A stretch of DNA of 64,000 bases from contig RSEE01000025.1 of the NCBI GenBank assembly GCA_003971905.1, forward strand, positions 310,001 through 374,000. The letters run 5' to 3'. Below are positions 49,342 through 59,946 of the stretch, in pieces; the stretch's first letter is position 1; each line of letters opens with the position of its first letter. The notes beneath the pieces are model-generated. The model had not been told where the DNA came from and did no database searches. It worked only from the letters and a program-made list of their open reading frames with translations. The stretch comes from Moniliella sp. 'wahieum' (taxonomy: Eukaryota). The translations under genes and the position numbers were made by a program.

Positions 49342-51437
49342 TTACGTCCGGCGTTGCTGGACGGAAGTAAGAGTAGGCGCGACGCCGGTCGCGCCAATGG
49401 ACGAAGTCGCACCCCATTCGTCGGCAGGGTGGCAGCAACGGGCGGGGCAACGGTCTTGCCACGCACCGTCTTTTTCATGTTCTTGCCAGCTTGGCCGGAG
49501 ACGCCTTGGCGACCTTTCCGGCCAGAGTAGTAGCCCGGCCCTTCGTAGAAGATGTTTTCGGTCAACGGTTGAGCCGAGGCCAGTTGACATAATCAATCCG
49601 CGCGCCGTCATAAACTGCAGCGTTGCACCCAGCACAACGAGCCAGAGCAGCACGAACCATACGAGGGAGAGGTTGCTGTACCGCGGCAAAACGGCAGCAG
49701 CGGCCAGCATGCCAGCGGCAAAGAGGGCAATGTAGGGCACTGCCTGTTCCGTCACCGAGCGCTGGTCCAACCACGGATTGCCCCCCACCACGTCGGCCAG
49801 TCGGTCGGCCTGCCACGCGCCGGTAAACACATCAAACCCATCTTGGCGCGATCCATCATAGTAGTTGTTTTCACGTACCGAGTCAGGCTGTTGATGCCAT
49901 CCTGCAGCAATCCCTGCTTGGTGCGCTCACCGGTTCGGGTAAAGTCCGTCTTCAGCGCGCCCGTGCCCGAATAGGCCTTGGAGATCACATCCGCATGGTC
50001 CGCCCAAACTGGAGGATGAGCAAGGCAGGTCAGTTGGTACATGATCACGCGAGAGAAGAAGGCAAAGGGCAACACGTACCGTTCCGGAAGATAGACCAAA
50101 GTTGCGGGTACTCTTCAATCGACTGCCCTGGCTTGATAATGCCAATTGAGGCCAGCTGGGTCGTCAGCACCGACTTGGCGTATGCGGCCTGCACCACATT
50201 CGTCCGATCGAGGCAGTCCATGCAGTTGGTCCGCAGCGCGCCCGTCTGGACCTGCTTGGGCACTTCTGTGCCGGTGCTGGTCGCCACATCGGCAAAGTAC
50301 GATGTCGGTGGCAATCCCTTGGCGGTTAAGGTCGCGAGCAGCTTGTCAATGTTTTCGTAGTGCATCCCGCGGCATTCGTGGTGAAAGTCAAATACGTGTA
50401 GTGCACCTTCTGTCTCCGAGAGCTGCTACGGCACGCTCAAACGCCTCCTTGACCGGCATCTCGTATCCCTTTTGGTTGACCAAGTTGGCAATGTAGATGT
50501 CGCCATACAGCGCCGTTTCGTCGGTAAAGTGCTTCTGCGCCGAAGCGAGCGTGGCGGGTGTTTCCTTAACGAGCAAGTCAGGCTTGTAGCGCATGTTGTT
50601 CACCTCGGCCCAGTACACGGGCACCGAGCCACGGATCTGGAGCAGTGACAAGCGGTACTCGGCCGGACCCACCTGACCTGGCCGCTTCGCATTTTCGGTA
50701 GCACTGTCGGCCAACACAATCTGCTCCGTCTCGTTAAAGTTGGACACGTGACCGTACTCGTCGACGGCCGCGACTAAAGTACCGAGTACCCGCACGTAGC
50801 GCGAGCGACGCGCGAGAGCAGCGCAAACACAAAATCGCGCCCATGGATCTGCACCGGCTTCACCTCACAAAACCCGTAAATCAACGGCTGGATGAACCGG
50901 CCCAGTTCCGGGGTGGACGGGACCAGATCAATCAACTTGCGTGCCGCGTACTTGTTCCAGAAGAAGCGATCGTCCGCCACAGCAAAGGCGGGCTGCGCAT
51001 GCTGAGGGTCCTGGGCAGCCAGCGCGGTCTGGCGCTGAAGCGAGTTGGTCAGGTCGTAGGCATAGCTAAAGTACCATCCCCCTGAGTTGAGGTGCGCGGC
51101 CAAGAGCGACACCAGCCGCTGCTCCGTCTTGTTCGACTTGAGCGCCGCCTCGTCGCGGGCGGCAAACGGGCAGCACTGAAACTTGGTCGCGCGGAACACG
51201 TCGGCACCAAGCACGGTAGCCCCTTCTTCGACGCGGTCACAACGATCAATAGTCGTTTGCGCGGGGGCAAGAGACCGAGGGCCTGGACAGGCCACATCTC
51301 CCCGCGGCCATCGGTAGCCGGAGAGAGGGGATGGCGCGAGAGCCGCGGTCGATGGCAGGGCGTCGGACGATCCGGTGGGACGACAGCACGTACGCCGACG
51401 GGGAAATGTACAGCCGGTAGCCGCGGTGGAGGGACAT
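49342..51437 (-). CDS. SAC1: Phosphoinositide phosphatase Sac1; frameshifted
   Basis: [48 protein letters not shown], catalytic [41 protein letters not shown], two C-terminal TMs and YVNWPRL. Confidence 0.96.
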
Positions 51438-52435
51438 GGGGGCAGAGGTGGTGGAGAAGAGGCGGACGAGAACGCGGGGCGCAGGGGAACAGGCGGCGGG
51501 TGGGGCGCGCACCGAGTACTGAGTTGGTGAGGGAGGCGGAGAGGTGCTGAAAGCAAATGCTGCGTACCGCCAGCAAGGCCGGTGGACGTTGAACGATGAA
51601 CGTGCGGTGAATATTGAAAATGACCCCGAAGCAGCCCCACCGCCCACAGCGCCAGTGCCCGTGTGGCCGCCGGTTACATCATCGCGTGAATGGGGCAGGT
51701 GGGGTGGAGTCTGGCACAGCACTGCCCTGCGCCGCCACCACACCCTGAGAGTGCGGGGAGGGTCCGGATCCTTCTACTGCGCGGCACATACGACACTTCA
51801 GCTTCATGATTCACCCACAGCTAGCAACTGGCGCACTCCCCCAAGCCATGTGCGGTTGGATCGCCACGAGATGCGGACAAGTTTCTCGGCCACCTTACTT
51901 GGTACGCTGCTAGCTGTTGCAGATAATAGCTTGCGCAAAACCCCAAACGCGGGCACTGAAGAGAGGGGCACCGACATCATTGGATTTGTCGAGTGTGTCT
52001 ACAGAATACACACCAACACAGATTCACAAGGGACAGAAAGGAAAGCATCATTGTAAGAAGAAGAGCGCGGACTTGACGGCGACAGGGACAGTTGCCAGGC
52101 AGGCAACGCACACACACATTATTACTGCTGTGCGATAACATCGTAGCGAGTACAAAGAAAATGTCATGAATCGGAATTCACAAACGGGGGACGGCAAAGT
52201 ATTGTTCAGATGGTATACACGGGGGGGAACGATGGTGGAAAAACGGAGAGATGAACAACTCCGACTTCAAGATCGCTGCACACACGCTAAAAAGGGCAGA
52301 GGGTTATAAGGATGGTAAACTGTCCATGACGAATTAATGGGCGATCCTACCCATCCATCCGCATGTGTCGATATTGACTTGCAGTTGAGTACACCAACCC
52401 GCTTGCTGGGGTCAGCGATAATCGATAAGGGTCAA

Positions 52436-53555
52436 TCAGACAAGCAACGCGCCAAGAATCAGCCCTCCCACCACACCCGTGACGATGGGCAAGGCCGGGG
52501 ATTGACCGGGAGTTGAAGTCTGGACAGGGCGAGTAGTAGGGTGAGCGGTGGGGATCCGAATGCATTTCAACTGTTGATCGTAGAACAAAGATGCATAAGG
52601 ATCCCTCTTTTGGGGGGTCCAAGGGTTGGCGGGTGGAAGAGCGGGCAAGACAATCACATCGCGCCCATCCACATCCTCGTGCACATACACTGCTTTGCCT
52701 GTGTTTCGTGCATAGACAAACGCGCCGGCAGTGCGGCCTTGAATCAGAACATTTGGGTCCTTCGCTGGTTTCTTACCCTTGTCCTTCGATTTGTCCTGCT
52801 TGGGAGGCTTCGACGCTTTGGACCGTTTGAAGCGGTTGCTCAGCTTTTTAAAGCCGGACACGCGCGTGGTGGTCACAGGGGGCTCGGTCTCTGGGAGGGC
52901 GTCGGTGGGCGGAGGCTCGGGCTTGGCACCAAATCCACCTGCGAGCATCTGGCGGGCGTGGACAACCCGTGCGGGCTCCAAGGCACGCGACACATCGATC
53001 TCCCTTTGTCGTAAGCTGAATAACTTGTTCTCCCACTCGAGTAGGGTGCGCTCGTAACGATCGAGGGAGGCAAGATACTCCTCGTCAAAGAAAGGGTGGT
53101 TCCAGGTACTGCGGCCCGTCCCTTTGTTGTTTTCCGTATCGACATAATACCAGCGCGAATGGTCGGGTGAAAACTGACGAACCCAGCCAGGTGGAAGTTC
53201 TCGCTCCTCGAGCAGTTCGGCTGGACCACTTGGGAGGCCGCCATTGCGTTGCTGACGGGCACTGGAGGAGGAGGTTTCCGCCCTCGAGTTCGAGGCTGTA
53301 TGTCCTGATGGACCGTTGCCAGACCTAGGTTGGCGACCAGGCTTCTTGGCCGCGACCGACTCGCGGTACGAAGGAGGCGCCTCGTCTGTGCCGGGCGGCG
53401 GGGGGGTAAACGGGTTGAATTCCTCGGGGCCACCAGGGGCGTCCAGAGGCGGGGGCAGGGGCTCAAGCGGGGGGTGGCACGGAGGGTGGAGCTGGCAGTG
53501 GCTTTGGCCACCGGTGGCGAGGGGGGGATGGCACTGTAGGGTGTCGGGAGCCCAT
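52436..53555 (-). CDS. WW-domain protein (Wwm1-like) with a PPxY motif and hydrophobic C-terminal tail
   Basis: LPPGWVRQFSPDHSRWYYVDT...STWNHP (WW domain), APPSY, and C-terminal IVTGVVGGLILGALLV*. The start is uncertain. Confidence 0.75.
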
Positions 53556-54334
53556 GATGTGGCGATGGACCTAGGGCGCGGGGACGAGGGTGGAGGCTGG
53601 GGCGGGGGCGGGGGGAAGGGACTGCTGGTGCTGGTGCGGACGAGAGGGTGCACGAGGGGAATGGAGCGGCCAGAGCACATGTGCACGGCAGCTGCTCAAG
53701 GCCTAAATACGGCGGGGCCATCTGATCGCACCGCCCCGCTGCTGCATGGCAGCGGATGCGCACTGCAGCGCACTGCCGGGCACTGCCCCCGCAGCATGCA
53801 TCAGCAGCGTCACGCGTCACCAGCTCACCCGCCATCGAGCCATCCTGAGGCCTCCTGAGGCCCTGAGGCCTGAGGCTGAGGCCTGGGCCTGACCACTCCA
53901 GCCGTGCCCGCACAACCAGCAGGATTGCATCGGCAGGCGTCGGCCTGCGTCGGCTGTGCCCCAAGTCGGCGGGGCGTGCCGGGATGTGCGGGAGCTGCTC
54001 GGCAATCCAGGCACTCCCAGCCGCTCGCCCGACCTCTCGCTCGTCGCGGGGGTTGTGAAGGTTCGGTATCGACGTAACAACATGCTAGGGTCCTCAGGTA
54101 CTGCGTTCAGTACGTTGAGTACTTCAAGCTTCAAGCTATACTCAGTGAGCTCAACCATACCCTAGTCGGTTTCTCCAGCACGAACACACAACCTGGGCCG
54201 TTCCAGCCTGCTGGGCTGGCCTGCCGCGCCCTGAGGCCCAGGCTGGCCCCGGCTGCCCCAGGTCGCGCAGAAGGCCGAAATGACGTCACCGTGTCGCATC
54301 CCTTCAGCGTCCCACGATCTACCATACCTCAGCC

Positions 54335-54361
54335 CATGATGCATGATGCATGATGCATGAT
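54335..54361. repeat. (CATGATG) heptamer tandem repeat, about 4 copies
   Basis: catgatgcatgatgcatgatgcatgat. Confidence 0.9.
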
Positions 54362-54889
54362 TAAATGATCAAATTGATGATCGATTGTCACTGATCGCGC
54401 ATACATGATGCATGATGTCCGTCCTGGGTGCCTGTCGGTGCGGCGCCGCCTGCGCGGGATACGGCAGGCGGCGCCGCTCCGCAGCCATCGCTCCTCCACA
54501 CCGCAGCGACCATCCTCCAATCCATTCCCTCTTGCCGCGGCCCACCACAACCCGTGGAGGACAGCAGCCACCCCTCGGCTCGGGGCAGCCGCAAGCCACG
54601 TCCCTGTCCACATCGGCAACCACGGCGTAGGGGCCAAGGTCTCATAGTGCATTTGCGTAGCGGTGCCTGGATCGCAGTCAACGGCTGCGCCGAGCGTGTT
54701 GGAAGCCGACCTCGGCCGTGAGCGGCAGGATTTCGGCACGGCGTCTCGTTGGCCGTCAGCATTGCCACCATCCGGAAACACCCGCTCGTGGTCTGGCCCT
54801 TGGCGCGAGGTACTTTGATCGCGTTGCGCATTCGCGTCGCCCACCGTATTTCCCCCAGCACACATCTTGCGCGAGAACATAACGCTCCC

Positions 54890-56410
54890 ACTCGCGCGCG
54901 TTAACGCCTGTCGGGGCGGCATGTGCAACTTGGAGGCCACCGTTTTCATCTACTCCATCCGCTAGTTCGACGTCGCGCCCGGTGGGTTGGACATGGGTTT
55001 CTTTAACGCCCTGGCCTGGAATATGATACAGCTACGTTGTCTGCCCCTGCTGCACACACTTCACGCCAATACTGCTGACCGTGCTGGGTTCCAGTGTGCT
55101 ACGTCTTGGCTATGGCCCGTTTTCACTTACAATATGTGGTGTCCGTTTTCATTATGCCGACCTCCAGCCAATCGAATAAGGGTACATGCCGAACCGCCAA
55201 AGGATTTCGGAGGGGGGAGGATGGTAAGGTGTGGCTGTGCTAAAGAAGGCCTGATGTACGACCTTCTGAAGCAAAGTTCTCACGGAGATTGTTTGAGAAA
55301 CTTATGGCAGGCTACTCCAAACCGTCGGGCGCTGAGCCTATACTATGGCGGGCCCGTGCGTGTTTTTATTCGTGTACGAGTTGCAGAAGATGTGGCCATT
55401 CTCTGGATATGGGTCGATGACGCTTGCGTCGCTGCTTCACCTACAGAGATATATTACTACACAACTTCTTACGGGACCAACGTCAACATGTGGATGTCAT
55501 GGACGGCGGTCCATTATAGCATACTTCTTTGGTGTGGGATTTGTCTTCCAAACTGGAGAGTGCCATGTCTCTCAGGATGACTGTATTAAAGCGATCATGA
55601 GATGGCTTGGGCGTGAGGGTCAGCCGCCCCATCGCCAGCCCCTCTCCCTACTGGGGCTCAGCTCGGCCCCCAAGCCGCAGAGGCGAGCAAAAGTGTTTGG
55701 AAAAGGGGGTGCATCAACTTCGTCAGTGAAGTGGGAACACTGAGCTGTATGGATCGCGTCCTGCACCAGACCGGACACTGTTTTTGCTGTGCGGCCCCTC
55801 AGCCAAGAACTGCTGCGCAAACCCTGGTCCTCAAAAACATTGGACGGCTTTGATGGGGGTATGGGGCTCCTTGGATAACACTGCTGGTCTAGTAAACTCA
55901 GGCTCCATTGTACCGTTGGCCCACCGCAGGAATTGTATACTGACAGCAGTTACAACGAGCGATGGGACAGCAAGGTCACTTCTGGCCTGGCAGTCTGAGT
56001 TTTTGGAGCCTTATTGGTTGGCTGCGCAGCCAAGCAGCGCGTGGTGGGCTGCCACACGGGCAACTCGGAGAATGTGTCGCCGAGTAAGGGTGTCCCCTAA
56101 GCTACGGGGCACTGCGTGCACTGTCGGTGGGGCTTGGTTGTTTCCCGGAAGATGCACCTTTCTCGCACTTCGATGTGACTTGCCGTGGCAACAGTCGCAT
56201 GCATCAACACGAGCCGTTGGGGCTTCTCTGAAGGAACGCTCCATGTTTTTCTTGCACCTATACCACTATATAAACGTGAGAGCAATCGAGCGGGTATTGT
56301 CGTGTCCCTGTGACCATTCAAGGGTGTGGACAGGGTCTCCGACACCCACACACCAACAACCTCGGATACAAAGTCCTTTGAGCCGCGGCGCGACCGCAAG
56401 TTAGGACCTA
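54890..56410 (+). mobile_element. Highly degenerate Ty1/copia retrotransposon pol relic (RT + RNase H)
   Basis: Copia motifs occur in correct order across frames: WNMIQL, VHAEPPKDF, MYDLLKQS (YGLKQS; ~55266), ILWIWVDD (~55404), YFFGVGF..VSQDDCIKAI, WIASCTRPDTVFAV (~55765), NPGPQKHWTA, YTDSSY..TSG..FGA...KQRVV (~55936), HYINVR and PTHQQP...PLSR. Many stops and frameshifts. Confidence 0.8.
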
Positions 56411-58538
56411 TTCCTGATCTCCCACCACCTGGCCACTCCGGTACCTAGGTTTTGGTGTGGAGTGAGCTCGAAAGCTGGAAAAAAACCGTGGGTACCGTGT
56501 CCAGTTGGACGGGTGGGGAAAATGTGACGCCGTACTGTTGTGGTCTGTATAATGGTGCCGGTAGCCCAGGCCCGGCTGCGTCCTTTCGGTGCATTCCTTC
56601 CAATACTCCTTCCTGTGGAAGGCAGGCATATTCTCTAGCCTCTATAGCTCATATCAACACAATACACCATCAACTATCTGCACTCTGAATAGGGGATGAA
56701 GAGGCGTCGTGGGGCCCCAAGCGGTTACAATACTACTACTAGCACTCAGCAATATGGTGCATGCCATTAATTTTCTGTGAGAACACGAGGAGCAACAGTA
56801 TGATAGCTGAGATGGAGAGGGTCGGCTACATTGCAACCACCATGCTTGCTGCTCCGCGGGAGGTTGTTCGGAGGCAGAGCTGACATGGTCTAGGGATCAA
56901 TCAACGCCCTGGCAGGTGCCTTCACCTGAAGTAGGAAGATAGTTTGTTAAGGTCGGGCGCCGCACACTCTGTCCGTACTGATCACGGTGCATGGCAGCCC
57001 GGCTCAAACTGGTTTAGGCCCACAGAGGAGCCAACTTGTGACGGGGTTGCTGGCATCGCAGGGGGAAGACCTTCCTGACCATCGAAGGCAAGACTCTTCA
57101 CGCGTCACGGAGACTTATTTGAATGCGTTTCAGATCCAAAGTCGAAGGAACACTCTGGCTTGGACGTAGGAGGGTCGGGAACAGTAGTGTTTTTTAACAG
57201 GAGATGGAGATGGGGAAAAGGATGAGGATCATATTCATCGAGTGGAAAGAGAGCGAGGTATATATGCCTCGGAGAAGAAGAGAACATGCGAGCTAAATCA
57301 CACTGAGGGAAAGAGGGAGCACAATCCAAAAAAGGGGGAAAACAGGGTCTAGAACAAATCAAGGGGGCCAGACAACTTGGTGACGAGACGTGATCAAGTG
57401 AGTCTAATCCCGACACTTTTCTACTCAGGCAGAGCCTGGCAGCATCTCAAAAGAGGAGGTGTCCATGTTAGGGACTGGACGTGAAGGCGGGAGGCTCCGA
57501 GGAGGGGCAGGGAACAGTCTAATCCCACCCACAGGCAAAAGAACATCCCGGAATGAGTCATTTCCTTTTTTAGGAGTAGAGCCATCACACGCGTTTTGCA
57601 GCTCTCTTCTGCCATCACTGGGGACTAAGAAGAAAAAGGCTCAAAAGGAGAAGAGCAGTCAGAAGTAAGGTGTAGAGAAACATGCAATGAAGGAAGAGAG
57701 CGCTAAAGACGGCGAATGTTCCTCTCTTGTTTGTTCCCAGGCGCCTGTCTGGCCTGGGATTGTTTACGTTGTCGCGATCATTTTGAGGGATAGAATCCTG
57801 GCAACGAAGGTGATCTCGTACGCATACCATTCCAAATACAAGTCAGTCCCGTTAGACTATAGTACTAGCGAGAGGGTGTCAACAGCGCAGTAGGCCACTT
57901 ATCCTTTTGCTATAAAAGCGGATATCGTCCTGCGGCCGCCTAGGGTCGCGAAGGGTCACATCCATACGATGAGTGGTGCTCACATGTTGTGTCCAGTCCT
58001 TTTGGAAGCACTCCTCGTCCGATGATGCGTCCGTAAACGGACTATCCGTCAACCTCAGCGCCGTTATATTGAAAGCACGTCTGGGGCTTGGTTTTAGCCT
58101 TTCCTTCGCTATAAGTCCTACATCCTGTTTATATACCGCAGTCCTGATCAGCTCTTCACTAAATCACAGCAGCCACAGCAGCCCTGTGTCAAAAAGGTTT
58201 GGTATAGCTACTGTAGTCCTTATCTCGACTATTCAGTGTTATATACCTTTCGATGACCAACCTCATTTTCCCCGACCAACCGTTGTCTATTATATACACC
58301 TTTTTGGTCACCACAGGCATCCCATGCACATTCTCCCTTCACCTTTGCTGCCCTCTAGTAACGCTTACAAATTTGCGACTCACGTCGGTTACACTGCAAA
58401 AGCCGTGTGGTCTCGTCGAGGCTGCAGCAGCGCTTTTATTTTACGCTTCAATTAAGACTTCGTCATCTGAATCCGCCTAGGGCATTGGTCTAACGATAAG
58501 GCGGCGACATTTCCCCAGAGAACCTGCAAGATAACCGG

Positions 58539-58559
58539 GGTAACCGGTAACCGGTAACC
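58539..58559. repeat. (GGTAACC)x3 heptamer tandem repeat
   Basis: ggtaaccggtaaccggtaacc. Confidence 0.9.
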
Positions 58560-58925
58560 AATCAGAAGTCAGATCTCAGAGCTAGTCAGATCTAGATCTA
58601 ATATCTGAAGAGGGCGGTGGTCTGGTCGGGTGCATGTCAGGAATGCAACATGTTGATGCCGCGAATGACGTATGCGGCGCGAGTGAGGCCGGTGAGGCCT
58701 GTGACGCGCGTGACGGGTGATGTATGTGGCATGCGAACACGTGACATGCGAGACCTGGCCCTGCGCGCCCTGAGCCTGAGCGCTGAGCCGCTGAGCCTCA
58801 GGCCAGAAGCTCGATCCCTTGCAAGCCGCAGGAACAGGCTCGTACAGTGCTGGCGAACCCTGTGGCTTGTTTGAACATTGCGCTGGCGGTCATTGTGAAA
58901 CCCCGCCGAGGCCGAGAGTTTCAAC

Positions 58926-58953
58926 AGTGACTAGTGACTAGTGACTAGTGACT
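58926..58953. repeat. (AGTGACT)x4 heptamer tandem repeat
   Basis: agtgactagtgactagtgactagtgact. Confidence 0.92.
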
Positions 58954-59946
58954 CCATGCCTCGACAGCATGTGTTGCTCATTGCATGTTGCATGTGCTGC
59001 AGGGATATGTTTTTTTTTTTTAATTTTTTGCGGAAGGGTCCCGTATTAGGGTTAGACCACAGAGTCCTCCACTGGCCAACCTCAAAGTTGAGGACTACGT
59101 CACGCGTCATGCATCATGCATCATGAGAGGCACCATGCATCATGCATCGGTGCAAGCAGTCCAGTGCGAAATTCGAAGCGCTTCGAACATTTGTCTCGCC
59201 GCAGCCGCGGCCCCTCGTTGTCTCAAGTGCGGAGCTTTTGACTGGGGCAATCGTTTCACTGCAAGTGACAGCCAGCGATTAGTGACTGTGACTCTGACTA
59301 GTGACCTAGTGACCGGGGTGACCTGAGTGACCGACCGGTGGCCTGGCCAGTTTTTGATTGACTAGGCACTTGGTCATAGGCTCTGCTCAGTCACGGGCCA
59401 GTCAGGCATGATGCATGATGCATGAGCCTCAGCGAGCAGCTGAGCGCGGCTGCGCGAGCGGTGAGCCGCTGAGCCTGGCCGTCGGCACCTCTCCCGTCGG
59501 CACCTCCCCACAATCATTAATCACCCTCCGCGCGGGGCTGTATACGCCGAACACGCGATGCCAACAGAAGACAGCCTGTATGAGCATGACGAATGCATGA
59601 TGCACGATGCATGGTTGCTGTCCTGGATTCATTGGGGTGACCCTGTGACGCGTGACTGACATTCGCGCTGGCACTGACGCTGACTAGCTGGCCAGTGATT
59701 AAGTGACTCCCAGGTACCTAGCAGCAACAAACTATTGCCAACAGACAGCACAGCCACCCAATCGCCGTTGTCGTTGGGAGGAGGGCAGTGTCGGTTGCTG
59801 CGCTTGCACCTGTATCATACCGCGTACTGAACCTCCGCTATCGGCTTCATCAACACTTGGCTGCGGACCACCACCATCGGGCTCTACCATCCCCCCAGAA
59901 ACTCTCCCCACATCGATCTCCTCCGTTCTCCGTTACATTCAGCAAA

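Noticed and set aside
20653..51437. Calling the frameshifted Ran, RPD3, RPL35, ATP16, KRE6 and SAC1 pseudogenes or programmed-frameshift genes
   Set aside because: The indels sit in homopolymers and short repeats across all genes while protein motifs stay intact, which is typical of sequencing error.
41186..51437. OST5-DGK1-KRE6-SAC1 as a functional ER-lipid/cell-wall gene cluster
   Set aside because: These are ordinary housekeeping genes with no shared motif, so the adjacency is plausibly chance.
56420..57000. Possible polypurine tract and 3' LTR of the copia relic
   Set aside because: The purine runs near 56510 and 56690 are short, and no TG...CA repeat matching the 5' side could be found by eye.
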